Shown here: one piece after another, positions 13,066 through 26,964 of the stretch
Numbering within the stretch: the stretch's first letter is position 1
How the letters are laid out: every line of letters starts with the position of its first letter
NCBI GenBank assembly: GCA_977017645.1
Contig: OZ360224.1
Span: forward strand, 141,608,001 to 141,672,000
Source: Torpedo marmorata
Taxonomy: Eukaryota
Reading direction: 5' to 3'
DNA length: 64,000 bases
Program-made: the position numbers and the translations under genes
Notes under the pieces: generated by a model
Seen by the model: only the letters and a program-made list of their open reading frames with translations
Databases searched by the model: none
What the model was told of the DNA's origin: nothing

Positions 13066-14739
13066 TTGCCATTTCCTAGGCAGTATTTAGTGCGCCGATT
13101 ATTTCAAAGCAGATTTATTTTACATACAACGAGGCCGTGTTCTTTTCCATCGCCTTGAGGCGGGGGACCATTTGGACAAACCACAGGCTACCTATTCACC
13201 GACCCAAACCAATACTCCTCGGAAGAGCTCCAACAGCATGCGCCCCTCACCTGCCACGAACCAATTTCGGCTACTTAAAATATACAGGTAGTTTCCATTT
13301 GAATTTAATTGAATTGTTTATTGTCACGTTCACTGATACAGCAAAACAAATGTGGCAGGAAAATACAAATTGAGATTTGGAATTCGCCTTTTATTTTTAG
13401 AAGCAGCTGCCGATGTGAGTGGACTTTGTGCGTAGGGTAGGTTCACCTGTTGACTTGGGGAAATGTTTTTGTTCAGAATGACGCTAAAAGCTTCCTCCCT
13501 TTCCACCGACAATATTTAGGTCCCCTACTGACCAGATTGGCCGAGCGGACGTGGGAAGATTGGAACCCTGCGTCGAAGCACTGAAAATCCCCATTGCCAA
13601 AAGCTTTTGAAGTGTGCATTCTTTTCTGTACACTTAACCTACACAAGCTTTGAGCATGTTCACAGATCGGCTGGTATTAAAAATAAGCTTCAGAAACCAG
13701 CTGGACAATCAAAAAAGAACAGAATTTCCCCTTTCCGATAACGTTTTGGTTTTGTATTTCAGCGTAAGTTAAAAATAAAACGGTCCTCTTGACCGTAACC
13801 TCTTCCTATTCTCATTGCTGGAAAATAATAATTTCCCGCCAATGTTTGCTGGAACTCTTCCGTTCGAAGCGTTTGTTTGTTTTACGGGGACATTGTTCAT
13901 ATTTTAATCTAATGATTGCAATTTAATTATTACACCGAGGTCAGGATTCGGCGCTCCACCATAAACCGCGGGGTTACATTATACTTTGACCCTGATCTCC
14001 ATTCGCAACTGACGACCGCAGGTCTGGGAGCCACGCCGGAACCGTCGCTGCAGAGTACAGGATTGCACCCTCATCAAGCCAGACACCTCCATCACATTCA
14101 CGAGAAACCGCGTTTTGTGATCTGAAGCTTCGCACCGGGACGGGAACAGTACGCAGCAGGATGAGTGCAGCAGGGTAAGGTTCTTAAAGGGCTCACAGTA
14201 GAAATGTCGACTCGACAGTTTTCAACTGTCCTTAAACCCTCTGTTCACTGCCGAAAGTTGGAACCCCATATTTAAACCTTTAGAGGGGTCGCATACTCTC
14301 TTATTTATATCATCTGCAAGATAGGATTAGGATTTGCAAAAGACCTTCAGATATTTTCAGACATATGATATCGGATTGAAATTACCCTTTTAAAAATGCA
14401 ATGTCCAACGACTGCACCCTTTGGCAAACTAAGCGCCTCAGCCCTTGAGAGCCACGTTGCAATGTTCTTGCTGGGGTCCAGAGCAGAGACCACTTGGCAA
14501 TCGTGATGTAATAAATATAGATTTAGTGGGAGGGATAATTGCGGGAGTGAAAATATGAATTCATTGGTGGGAGTTTTAAGAAGTTCGGATTTTTTTCTTT
14601 CAAAAATACGCCTGTTAATATTGAAGAAATTCGAAATGTGAAATTGGAATAACAACGTACAGAACCACAACGGATTTGATTGGATAAAAAGGAGACTCGC
14701 ATTTTGGCGTATTTTACAGAACTGAACTATGAACTTTTT

Positions 14740-15050
14740 AAGTAACTGATTGAACTCCTGTACACGGAAGACTTAGGGTCACAGACTCAAGATAAGAGAA
14801 TGACCACTCATGAATCAGATTTTTTTTTACACCAGAGGGCTATGAAACTTTGGAAATCTCAAGAGGGCTGTGGAGGATTAATCGATGAGCAGAACCAAAA
14901 CAGAGATTGAACGTTTTTTTAGGCGATGAGGGACATGGAGCTAGTACAGAACGGGGGAATTGAGGGGGAAAGACCAGAACGGTTTTATATCTTGCAGCAA
15001 GTTCGAGGGCCAAATGGCTGACTCCTTTTATTTCTCACATCCTTATGTAC
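14740..15050 (+). mobile_element. Old CR1-type LINE 3' end remnant
   Basis: AGGGTCACAGACTCAAGATAAG...ACCAGAGGGCTATGAAACTTTGGAA...GAGGGCCAAATGGCTGACTCCT resembles the CR1 3' ends at 40280-40550 and 55920-56220. Confidence 0.6.
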
Positions 15051-16645
15051 AGCCTACATTTTATGTTTCCACTCTGGGGTTTCTTTTAAAGCTCCCATAT
15101 TAATAGGAAAAATTATTGCAGCTACCTCTTTAAAATAATCTCTGTGCTCTTTGTGCTTATGAGGGTGAAATGTAACAGCTGTAGGCAATGGATTTTCCAG
15201 ATTTGGCACTCAAACTTGGCATTAAACACGCTTAGGTCAATATAGTGTTTATAATATAAAACAAATGATTAATGCTAACATTCAGTGCTGGATGGCCAGA
15301 TGTACATTGTCCCTCTGAGCAATGATCTGAAATCCCGGTCTTAGAAGAACACCTCTTGCTGAACCCAGTAGAAAGTTTGTTTTCCCTTTTCCTTACCAAT
15401 AATACCCATGGCAGCTATAAGGTAGATCGCTAATATATCCAGAACATTTTCTCCAAACGCGATTTGTGGCAATATTATAAATGCATTCAAGCAAGAACCA
15501 TTTTTGTGGACATAGAAGTTCGCGCGTACACAATTTCTGTGCTAAATGCGGACTATTTTGAGTAGAAGTAAAGAGTTTACAACTAGCTCCAATAAATTAG
15601 CTCCAAGGGAGCATTTATAACTAGCAAAGAAAGCTTTCTTCACAGCACTGCATTTTAATTTGAGCGAAGTGGCAATAGGACATTCTAATACAATACATTG
15701 AACCACTCAACTCCAATTTCCTCCATTTACCCAGTGTTAAACTTATTTGAATGTTGGAAGCGATATCAGTAATTTTCTATGCAATCTAAATTGTGATAGC
15801 GTGTCAGTGAGAAAAGTAAAAACAAAAATCAATAGGCTTAGAATAAACATTCAGGGTAAAGATAATTCACTGACAAAAGGGTGAAACGTTCTTACAAAAG
15901 TCGTTGTTGGCGCAACTAGACATAATTGTACTTTTATCCTGGATATGAGTGTGTCCTGCGCTGTAATTTGCTTTAACGTCGATCATGCTGTTTGCCGTGT
16001 ACTGTTTGCTGCTCCTTGACACCTATTGTAGTGGTTTTTGCTATTCTATCTCATCTATTCTCTGTTTAATTCGATCTGTTTATAGTTTGTGTGTTCTGCT
16101 CCCCGCTCTTCCATCTGTTATCTTCTGCTATATGATTTTCTCTTGTTTTTTATATATACTGTATATATGGCATCCGCTATGTGCAAGTTTAGCTCAATTT
16201 ACTCTGTCAATTAGATAGAGAGATTGCAATCTCTATTGTACAATTTGATTACTTCACATTGACCGACAATGCCAGGGTGCCGTTTAATTTCGGGGGACAG
16301 AAACTCCTTCCGTACAGTTTAATCAAGAATAGCAAAACCGATGAGCTAATCTTTTGTCTGAGCTGCGACTTGGGGAACCTGGCTGTATGTAAATTACCTG
16401 TCGCACCTGAAATGCTTAAGACAATCAAAACACTGAAAACAGGAAAGGTGCGAAGTAAATATAGATTAATTTTTTTCTCTCCATTCTATTATTTGGTGAA
16501 TGCTGCGTTGTCCGCTGTTTGCGGGATTTGTTTTTTGTTGTGTATGTTGTTTGCTGGGCGCTGCTTCATTGGATCACAGAAAATCGACGAAACAAAAAGG
16601 AGCTCATTCGGCCTGAGAAAGCGACCATAGGAGGTAAAGATATGT

Positions 16646-16683
16646 AACCAACGTTTCGGACCTGAGCCCTTCTTCAAGGTATG
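16646..16683 (-). ncRNA. Minimal hammerhead ribozyme at the Penelope 3' end
   Basis: Minus strand reads CAUACC-UUGAAGA-A-GGGC-UCAG-GUCC-GAAA-CGUU-GGUUA. Confidence 0.65.
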
Positions 16684-18347
16684 AGCAAAAAGTAGGTAGG
16701 CGCCTGAATAAAAAGGCTGGGGGAGAAGGGAAGAAAGGGCAGGAGGAACACAGGCCAACAGACAAAAGGTGATAATTGGACATGGATAGGAGGACAGGAG
16801 AGGAAAGGTGAGAATTGATCGGGGGAGGCGGTCCCTCTGCGAATGCAGAGCTGGAGGAAAGGAGACAGAGGGAAAGGGAAAGAGAGAGATGGAGCGAGAG
16901 GAAAGGAAAAATAGGGGAAGGGGAGAGTGTGTGGGGGGGGGGGGGCTAGGAAACCAGAGAAGTCGATGTTAATGCCATCTGGTTGGAGGGTGCACAGATG
17001 GAATATGAGGTGTTGTTCCTTCAATTTGCGTGTGGCCTCAGTCTAGAAGCAGATGAGACCATGGACAGATATGTCGCCATGGGAATGGGGCAGCGAATGG
17101 AAATGGGTTGCCACTGGGAGATCCCTGCTATTACAGCAGACAGAGCTAAGGTGCTAAACAAAATGATCTCCCAGTCTGCGTCCAGTCTCTTCTATGTAGA
17201 GAAGGCCACAATGGGAGCACCACATGCAGTAGATGACCCCTGCAGATTCACAAGTGAAGTATTGCCTCACTTGGAAGGACTGTTTGGGGCCCCGAAGAGT
17301 GGTGAGGGAGGAGATGTGGGTGCAAGTGTAGCACTTCCTGCAGTCACAGGGGTAGTTAGCATGGGGGCGATTGGTGGGAAGGGAGGAGTGGATGAGGGAG
17401 TCACGGAATGAGTGGTCCCTTAGGAAGGCTGAGAGGGGAGGAGCAGGGAAGATGTGTCTGGTGGTGGGATTACGTAGTAGGTGGCGGAAATGGCAAAGGA
17501 TGATATGTTGGATGCGAAAGCTGATGGGGTGGCAGGTGAAAACAAAGGGAATCCTATCCTTGTTGTGCGTGGGGGCGGAGGGGGCCAGAGCAGATGTGCA
17601 CGTAATGGAGGATATGTGGGTGAGGGCTGAGTTGATAGTAGTCGAAGGGAAGCCACATTTTTTGAAGAAGGAGAACATCTCCGATGATCTTGCATGGAAG
17701 ACCTCAACCTGGGAGAAGATGCGGCAGAGACGGAGGAATTATGAGAAAGGAATGGAATTCTTACAGTGGACAGGGTGTGAAGAGGTGTAGCCGAAATACT
17801 TGAGGGAGTTGGTAGGTTTGTCGAAAATGTCTGTCAAGAGTTTGTCTCGCAAGATGGAGAAAGAGAGATAAAGAAAGGGGATAGTATTTCTAGAGTGAAT
17901 TTGAGAATGTGGTGGAAATTGGCTGCAAAGTGAATAAAGTTGACAAGCTCATCATGAGTGCATGAGGTAGCACCAAGGTAGTCATATATGTAGCAGAGGA
18001 AGAGTTGAGGAGTTTTGCCTGTGTAGGCTTGTAGTACGGATTGCTCCACCTAGCCATCTAAAAGGCAGGCATGTCTGGGACTCATGTGGGTACCCATGGC
18101 TACCCCTTTGACTTGGAGAAAGTGGGATGCGTCAAAGGAGAAGTTATTGAGGGTGAGGACATGTTCTCCCTGTCGAAGGAGGGTGGTGGTAGAGGGGGAC
18201 TGCTTGGATCTGTTGTTGAGAAAGAAATGAAGGGCTTTGAGGCCTTCACTGTGGGGGATGGAGGAGTATAGTGATTGGATGTCCAAGATGAAAATGAGGC
18301 AGTTGAGTTCAGGGAACTGGAAATTTGTTGAAGTGATGGAGGGCATG

Positions 18348-18640
18348 TGCTACCCCTCCACCATCAGACTCCTCAACAACAAACTCAATCAGGTACTCAT
18401 TTAAGGACTCTTACTTGGGCACTTTATTGATTTTTTTTATCCTCTCTGTATTGCACAGTCAGTTTGTTTACATTCATTATCTGTTTACAGTTCTTTATTT
18501 GTTTACATGTATACGCTGCATACAGGTTTTTTTTTGCACTACCAATAAGTGGTAATTCTGCCTCACCCGCAGAAAAGGAATCTCAGGGTTGTATGTGATG
18601 TCATGTATGTACTCTGACAATAAATCTGAAATCTGGAATC
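18348..18640 (+). mobile_element. Rex1/L2-like LINE 3' end inserted into the Penelope element
   Basis: CCACCATCAGACTCCTCAAC coding end, AATAAA and a (AATCTG)n-like tail. Penelope sequence resumes at ~18641. Confidence 0.65.
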
Positions 18641-19936
18641 TGAAGTATCGCAGATGTAGGTGGGGAGTGACTGGACCAATCTCTCATCCTCTCAGGCAGT
18701 AAATTCCAGACACTCTACACTCTCAGGTCGAATGCTGTTTCCCCCTCTCTCCTCAAATTGTACCCATGATTGAAAATCAAAGCACCTTGGTTTGTGACCC
18801 TACTTTATCATCTACACAACACAATTTACTGTATATACTATATTGCATATTGATGGAGATTCCTTGGAGTAAAACGTGGTTTCTAATTCCTCCATACTTT
18901 ATGCTGTGTGAAAGCATTGAAGCCAATGTTCATTGGGCCTGAAAGTAGATGAGATCCACCACTCGCCATTTGCAGGGAAACCCCAAGGACCAAATGCCTG
19001 CTCTGATCTTGTCATCATATTGAACCTCATCTGCAAAGATCCCTCTTTAATTTCACTGTAAAATAAGCCGTTTTTTTGGCCGATCTTCACGTAGGCCTAG
19101 ATTCTGCAGGTAAATGGCGGCTGCGTTCAGGACACCCGTGCATGTGCAATATAAGGTAGCGGACATGATGGCTTTGAAACCAACTGAAGACAACATCTGT
19201 GCAGAAGCTGCACTGCTGTTTCTCGCCCACCACCATGGGGAGCAGCTGTGGAGTGAGTCCTTGCTGAGTCTCCCCATCATTTATGCTGGTGAAATTGGCT
19301 CTTGGAACTTGCCCCAGGTTAGACTAGGCACGTGGCCCATTTCAAATCGACACTGTAGGGCGATGGAAAAAGAAAATAAAGGGGAAGGTAAATTCCTTTA
19401 AAATATTTTGATTTGGTTTAATGTTTCTAAGTGTTCTGGTTTATTTAAATTTTATTTAGAAACATGTGGTTAATTACTTACTTCAATTCCAATGGTTTTT
19501 CAAATGTTGCTGAAGAATAAAAACGTGGTCAGCCCAGATCACTCTGTTTGTCAGAGCTTCCAGGGTTTTGTTTCAGGGACTGGGTTTCTTTAGTTCATCA
19601 TTGGAGGCTCTGCTGCTCCTCAGGGCATGCTGCTGGAGGTTGGGACACTGAGCCAGCATGGCAGGGCTTCCACATCCGGACCAGGCATGTACGAGTCCAG
19701 AATGACTACAGGCAGTGATTACAGGCAGCAGGCTCATGCCAGCAAGATCTGGCCCAACATCAGCATAATAGTGTAGCTAGAAAAGCTGCCTGTGTGAAGT
19801 GCTATCTGGGTGGAGCTTGTTCTCCCTTTGAACCCATGGATTTCATCTGGGAGCCATGGTTTTCACTCACATGCAGGCTGGTACAATAATTTCCCCTGGT
19901 GTTTAAGTGAGTGGTAGAATCTGGAGAGTTGATGGG

Positions 19937-20544
19937 TATAGTGACTTCGATCCAACAATAGTCACTTGGAGGCTAAGTGAGATACTTGTCTTTGACGCGT
20001 TTCAATTAATTTACTAACAAAGTCCGATATGTTCAAAAATCTTTATTTACACACGTGACTTGCAGCAATCTTCAATGATTTAAATATAAACAGTTCTTGA
20101 TAACGATGTTTAATGAGTTCCTTTAAACGATTCCTTTGACTGTATTTAGATGTTCAATTAAATGACCTTAAACCATAATGAAATGAGTTTAAATGTTCAA
20201 TGAAACGTGGCTAAATGTTCCATGAAACAATCAATGAAAGATATGGCGATCTCACTCACCCTCTTCTAAGCCTCCATCCTTTTCCCATTCCTTTTCCCAA
20301 TTCGTGCATGCTCAATGCACATACTCTACCGCGCATACTCCACCGCGCATACTCCATCGCGCACACTCTACCGCGCACACTGCCGTCAATTCCCAACTGC
20401 GCATGCGCCCGTCGGCACTCCTGCACATGCGCAGAGTACTAAATAGGCCTAGCACGGCCTACAAACACCGCGACTCCTCCGTGACCCGCCGAGAACATCG
20501 CAGCGCCGCGACCAAGGTAAGTTATCAAGCCTACGGCTCTTACA
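19937..20544 (-). mobile_element. Solo LTR, copy 1
   Basis: 5-bp TSD ATGGG (19932-36 and 20545-49). Minus strand starts TGTAAG, with a minus-strand AATAAA ~100 bp from the end. Highly similar to 33049-33638. Confidence 0.85.
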
Positions 20545-21804
20545 ATGGGAATATGGGAAGAATAATAAAATGAGATTAATTTAGGATGAGTGATTAATGG
20601 TAGGGATTGCTTCACAGAAATCAGATCAGAAAATCTATGATGTTCAGTCTGCTAAATCTTGATATCTTTCTCCAAAATCTATATCTAAGATCTTGCATCT
20701 ACTTAGATAAAACTGATATAGTAAGGGAGACTTTCTATAAAGGCACTTCTTGAGGAATTGCACAATTTAGCCCATGGAGTTCCACTTACTTATTCAAATG
20801 GATAGAACATCCTTGACTGGGGATATGAAATTAACAGACAGGAAAAGACCAACTGATCCATTTTTTTCAGTCATATTCCAACTTACAAATTTAGTGCCTG
20901 CTCTCCCTCACCCAGGCACAGCCATCTGATTTCTGAAGACACAAACACTCAGATCAAAAACCATGCCAAAATAAGCAACAAAGAATGATGGGAAAATTCT
21001 CTCCAACTTTCTAATGCAATCAGAAGTGAATTTTGATGGATAACAAAAAATGTCAAGTTAAATTCCCTTCATCCTTTGGATGTAGCCATGTCAGCCCTCT
21101 CGAGGAACTTGTCCTGCTCACTTTTGAATGTGTGAAGGGAATCTGCACTCACTGTATGAGCTGCCAAGATATTCTGACGGATGTTGACCCACGGAGAAAA
21201 GACAAACCTCCTGACATTTAACCCAGTTCTGTGATTTAAGGAGTGCTGAGGTGTAAAATCTTATTAATTTGATGATTTATGATAATATTTAGTTTAATTT
21301 TGTCTTCCGCATGTAGGTATGTTTAAAACTTCGGATCTTGTGTTATTTTAATGGATTTGATAACTTGTATAGTCACTTTAAATTATTTTGGTGTCTGAAC
21401 ACCATATCTCTTTGTTCATTAACATTTGAAGTTGAATAAATTAATGTTCCACTTATTGTATTACTTTCTCTTTTCCTGTGTATCTATCACCTTATGCACC
21501 TCTCCATTTTGTTAGAATTACCAGTTATTTTCCTAGTTTGCTTAAGTCTATACTGTTTTCACGGGCAACCAAACTTCTGCTTTTGCTGTCATCTGAGAAT
21601 GTACTGCTTTTATTTGAGTTAATATATTTATATTAATATTTATATATGTGTATATTTATAAAGAAAGCCAATCCACAGAGGAATCTCACTGTTTAACATT
21701 ATTCCAGTCCAAAATTATTCATTCATTAGCCCTCAGCTAATTTTTTATTGATTCTGACATAGGCTCAGAAATTGTTTCTGGCCTGTTTTGGGGTCTGTCA
21801 CCAT

Positions 21805-21970
21805 AAGTTAAAAAGACATTTGGACAGATATATGAATAGGAAAGGTTGAGAAGGATATTGGCCAAATGCTTGCAAATAGTCTAGCCCAGAATGCCAACTT
21901 GATTGGCAAGGACAAATTGGGTCAAAGCACCTGTTACATGTTCAATGGCTCTAATACCCTCTGACTCTAA
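21805..21970 (+). mobile_element. CR1 LINE 3' tail fragment
   Basis: TTAAAAGACATTTGGACAGATATATGAATAGGAAAGG...GATATTGGCCAAATGC is typical of CR1 3' ends. Confidence 0.65.
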
Positions 21971-23141
21971 ATGTGTAGTGTATGCCCTGTTGGGGGTTGT
22001 GGGGGAGGTGAACTGAGGTCAAGCTGAAAGTGATTTTCATGCTTTGTGAGCCACTACACTGAATGTCAGGCAGCTGAAGACAAGTCCTGGAGAAGTTGGA
22101 GCAGTAACTCGAGGTTGATGGTGATTATGGTACTTTGGAACAAATGGAACACACCTGCTACACTTGCTTTATTGGAGCTTTGACTTCTCAAGTATTTGTC
22201 AGTACACAAATTTGTGTTTAGAGCCAGCTGTTGGTTAAGCTACAGTGGCCTCTAATAAAATATGAAGCACTCCTGTCTCCCATTCAATTCTCCAAGTCCC
22301 AGCTTGATAGGGACCTCTTAAGCAAATCCTTGTTTACTTATTCAGAAGGATTAATTGTTTCTTTTTGGTGGTTGCTTATAATACCTTAAAATTGCCTGAT
22401 CCAATATTGGATCATAGAATCAGAATGCATTTACAACCCAGGAGATCATTCAGCCCATTGTATCTGTACCAGAAAGGTAGGTCCTACATTTCTTGACCAG
22501 GTAACTTCACAGATGGATGACCATGGGCAGGGAATAGGAACACTGCACCCATGACATCAAGGACTGGTCCAAGATCTCTTGGAAACCAAATTAGAACAAC
22601 AAATTATGTATCATCTGCTGCATCTTGATACCATCCCAGTAGTAACAATGAAGAAGTTGTTTATCAAATGATTGCCATGTTAGATTTGGTGCAAACAGTG
22701 ACTTCATTTATTTGAATGAAGATGAACAGCTGCAAAGGATCTGGGCAAGTAGAAGAAAATGCATATTTTAAAAATTAATTGAGTTTAGTTAAGCATCTGC
22801 TTGTTGATGTTTATTTTTCTGAAATAATTTAGTTTGGTTCAATGGTTTTGATTGTTTTTAAGTGTTTTTGATGTTTTTAACTTTACTTCTTTAAATTTTA
22901 GAATAACTCAATTTTTAAAAATTGTTTCATTGAGTTTTAAGAGTTTTTGAATGTTTGTTATTGTCACTGACTTTTAAAGCATTCTATGCTTTTAATGAGT
23001 TTGGCAGCTAGCAAAGCCTTTAAGCAGTAAATTGTCAACATTTTTTCAACTTTTGATGTGCTGAGTTAGGTTGGCTTCCAATGTGACAATATTCTGCCCA
23101 CTTCTTAAGACCATCCCTCTGGCACCAGTCAAGACTTTGAT

Positions 23142-24527
23142 AGAATCAGAATCAGAATCCGAATTTATTGTCATGAACAAGTCACAAAATTCATTGTTTT
23201 GTGGCAGTATCACAGTGCAATCCTTCATATAAACCACCTTACAAAAAAAAATAAAAATAGTGCACGAAAAGTCAAAGTAAGGCAGTGTCTTTGGTTCATT
23301 GAACATTCAGGAATCAGATGGCAGTGGGGAAGAAGCTGTCCTTGTGCCGTTGAGTGCTCGTCTTTAGGCTCCTGTACCTTTTTCCCGATGGTAGCAGAGT
23401 GAAGAGGGCATGGTCTGGGTGGTGGGGGTCCTTTAGGATAGAGGCTGCTTTCTTAAGACACCGCCGTTTGTAGATGTCCTCGATGGAGTGAAGTCTGGTG
23501 CCCATGATGTCGCAGGCCGAGTTAACAACCCTCTGGAGTTTTTTCATGTCCTGAGTGTTGGCACCTCCATACCAGACGGTGATGCAACCAGCCAGAATGC
23601 CCTCCACGGTACACCTGTAGAAGTTTTTGAGAGTCTTCGGTGACGTACCGAATCTCCTCAAACACCTCACAAAGTACAGCTACTGGCGAGCCTTCTTCAT
23701 GATTGCATCGACATGGGGACTCCAGACAGATCCTCAGTGATGTTAACACCCAGGAATTTGAAGTTCTTGACCCTCTCCACTACTGAGCCCTCAATGAAGA
23801 CTGGAACGTGTTCTCCAGACTTCCTACTGAAGTCCACAATCACCTCCTTGGTTTTGCTAACGTTGAATGCAAGGTTGTTTGTGTGACACCACTCAATGAG
23901 CTGATCTATCTCCCTCCTGTATGCTTCCTCATTGCTGTTTGTGATTCTGCCGACAACCATGGTGTCATCGGCAAATTTGTAGATAGCATTGGAATTGTGC
24001 CTGGCCACACAGTCATAGGTGTATAGTGAGTAGAGCAGTGGGCTAAGCACACATACTTGAGGTGCCCCTGTGTTGATAGTCAGTGAGGAGAGACATTGTT
24101 ACCAATTCATACTGACTGTGGTCTTCCTATGAGGAAGTCAAGGATCCAGTTGCTGAGGGGGGTGCAGAGGCCCAGGATTTGGAGCTTCTTGATCAGCATT
24201 GAGGGAATAATGGTGTTGAAGGCTGAGCTGTAGTCTATGAAGAGCAGCTGTATGTATGAGTTGCTCTTTTCGAGGTGATCCAGAGCTGAGTGGAGAGCCA
24301 GCGATATTGCGTTTGCTGTGGAGCGATTGTGACGATAGGCGAATTGCAGTGGGTCCAGACCTCTGCTTAGGTATGTGTTAATTCTGGCCATGACCAATCT
24401 CTCAAAGCATTTCATCACAGTAGATGTTAGTGCTACTGGGTGATAGTCATTGAGGCAGGTCACTCTGCTCTTCTTGGGCACTGGGATGATTGATGGCCTT
24501 TTGAAGCAAGTGGGGACCTCTGACCAC
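23142..24527 (-). mobile_element. Rex1/Babar-like LINE, 5'-truncated
   Basis: ORFs with [39 protein letters not shown] and RHKDSFFPTAI, plus a (GATTCT)n tail at 23142-23165. Confidence 0.92.
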
Positions 24528-24529
24528 AG

Positions 24530-24970
24530 AAACATGCTTCACTTGCTATGCTGAGAACAGCTCCAACAGTATTCAAGCAACTTTTCACCTGCTTGACTGG
24601 GACCCCATCCACTATCCTAAATGTTCATTCACGGCACCACTGGTGCACAGCGACTGCAGTGTGTGCCATCTATAAAAAGCAACACAGTCATTCCCCAAGG
24701 GCACCCCTGCAGCACCTCTTATACCAATGAATTCCACCAGCTTCATGGGAACACTGCCATTTGCATGCTCCCTCCAAGTCTCAAACCATCCTATCTTGGA
24801 AATATATTGCTGTTCCTTCATTGATGCTTGGATCTGTCCTCTGGAACTCCTTATCCAACAGTATTATGAATGTACCTTCACAGCCTACCTGCAGCAGGCC
24901 ATAAAAGTGTCTTATTACCACCTTCTTAAGAGTAATCAGGAATGGGGAATAAAAGGATGGCCAAGCAAGA
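24530..24970 (+). mobile_element. Old LINE (CR1/L2 group) 3' end remnant
   Basis: TTCCTTCATTGATGCTTGGATCTGTCCTCTGGAACTCCTTATCCAACAG...CACCTTCTTAAGAGTAATCAGGAATGGGGAATAAA. A related remnant lies at ~26390-26600. Confidence 0.5.
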
Positions 24971-25701
24971 AACACTCATTTTCCAAGAAATTAATACATT
25001 AAATAAATTAAGGCTCCATCATCACTCAGGCTTCACTGATTTGGATTAGATGGCTTTTGGTAGAAAATCAATAATGATGGATGGAGATAAGTTTGTATCA
25101 CTTTGCAGATCAACAGCAAGTCTTGCAGCATGCCTAAAGGAAAGAAATGTGAGATGATAACTAAATTAGGATGCAGAGATTGATAAGATAAGGGACCTCA
25201 TGCTGTATGTGTTCTTTATACACTACTTGTTTGTTCTCAACTGGAAAATTGATCATGAATATGTGTCACAATCAAGGTGAAATTGCAGATCTCCGTGTCC
25301 TAGGCACAAAGGCTGCGAGTTGTGCACCAATGTCATCAGTCAACACGCAAAATATATTTAGAGTGGATGTGGTAAGATTGGATCACTAAACCAGAGGGTC
25401 ATGATTCTCAATGTGAAAAGTATACTTTAATTGCTGGATGACTGCATGCTCAAAGCTATGTTGAAGGGCCACCCTCGCCTAAGTTATTGCCAGGATATTC
25501 ACCAATGCACCAAGTTTGCAATGCTCTCTGATGGTAAGTTGATGTGGTCCATGAAGGCAATTGGAAGGGAGGACAACTGAATGGCCCAATGCTTTCCCAT
25601 GTGTCCTGTGACCTATTCACCTGCTTGATCAACTTCTAGCGACATGGAATACACAATCTTGTCTTTGACCCACAACTCCTGGCATCCCAGTTACACCATA
25701 T

Positions 25702-25948
25702 TAAATTTAGACATACAGCATGATAACAGGCCATTTCGGCCCATGAGCCCGTGCCGCCCAATTATACCCAATTAACCTACACCCCCCTGGTACATTTTTG
25801 AACGGTGGGAGGAAACCGGAGTCCCCGGGGAAAACCCACGCAGACACATGGAGAACGTACAAACTCCTTACAGAAAGCGCGGGATTCAAACCCCGGTCCC
25901 GATCGCTGGCGCTGTAAAGGTGTTGCGCTAACCGCTACGCCAACCGTG
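25702..25948 (-). mobile_element. tRNA-derived V-SINE (HE1-like)
   Basis: Reverse complement shows an A/B-box head, the V-domain GGAGTTTGTACGTTCTCC...GGTTTCCTCCCAC and a CR1-derived tail. Matches copies at 38552 and 38930. Confidence 0.9.
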
Positions 25949-26964
25949 CATTACTTGAAGCAGTTTACAAATTGCCACTTTAAGAATTTCTGCCTTAAGT
26001 AATTACATTTCTTGTCCAATTCTTGACATTGTGCATGATCATTGGTGTGTAATCATACTGAAATTCTGGGGATCGTGCTGTCTTTATTTTAAATTCATGA
26101 CCCTCTAATTGAGTTCAGCTGCTTTCTCTTTTATTCTCAGTTTCTCTTCATCTTCATTCCCCATGATATTTTAACTTCACTTTTATAACACTTGTATCTA
26201 ATTCTGAGATACTTTATTGCATCAGTTTTAACCTTTCTTGTCTCCAATGTCTCTGCATCCACTCACCATAAAAGTCACACTGGAAAAACTGGTTGGTGTC
26301 CAATACTGTACTAAACAAATGCGAAACAAATGCAAGGATATGAGATGTTAGGTGACATTTGCACCCCAACTTTCCAGGGTATCTGCAGGTTCTCCTTCAG
26401 TCACATACCCATCCTAACCAGGAAAATATATTGTTGATTCTTTATCATCCTTGTGCTAAAATCCTGGATGTGCTCACCCAACAGCACTCATGGAGTACCT
26501 TCCCAGAAGACCTACGGTGCTTCAAAATAGCAACTCACCGCTGCCTACTCACGGATAGTTAGAGACAAGCAATAAATAATGGCCCACCAAATAATCCCCA
26601 GATCTTGAAACTTAATTTTAAAAAAATCATAGTACCCATCTCCACAGGTTAGATCAAATGTGCAGAGATGAATTTAATCGATAAATTACATTCTTGTATA
26701 TGTTTTGTTCTGGCAACCACAGCTGAATTTCCCAATGTACTTTGCCAAAATATATTAAAAGTTTATCCAATTGTATCAAGTCAACCTTGTAATATTTTGT
26801 TTAACTGTAATTCCAGCACCTGCTTTCTAAGTTAATTAATTGGCAGGCCTGCTGCAAGTACACCACAGGAATGAATGACTTTCTCCCAGAGTGCAATAAA
26901 ACATAGATTTTTTTTTGTGGGTGGCTTTATTAGATCATTACCTCTTATAAATATAAACATACAT

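Larger units (their letters stand above)
16630..18679 (-). mobile_element. Penelope-like element, degenerate (RT and GIY-YIG endonuclease)
   Basis: Minus-strand ORFs carry VKGVAMGT (RT) and GVIYCMWCSHCGLLYIEETGRRLGDHF (GIY-YIG). Homologous to 45194-47193 and interrupted at ~18348-18640. Confidence 0.92.

Noticed and set aside
14022-14174. Possible extra exon bounded by CGCAG| and |GTAAGG
   Set aside because: Weak polypyrimidine tract, no coding similarity, and downstream of the likely poly(A) site.
20325-20385. CRISPR-like or other prokaryotic repeat array
   Set aside because: Contiguous 14-bp tandem repeats without spacers inside an LTR. The window is eukaryotic.
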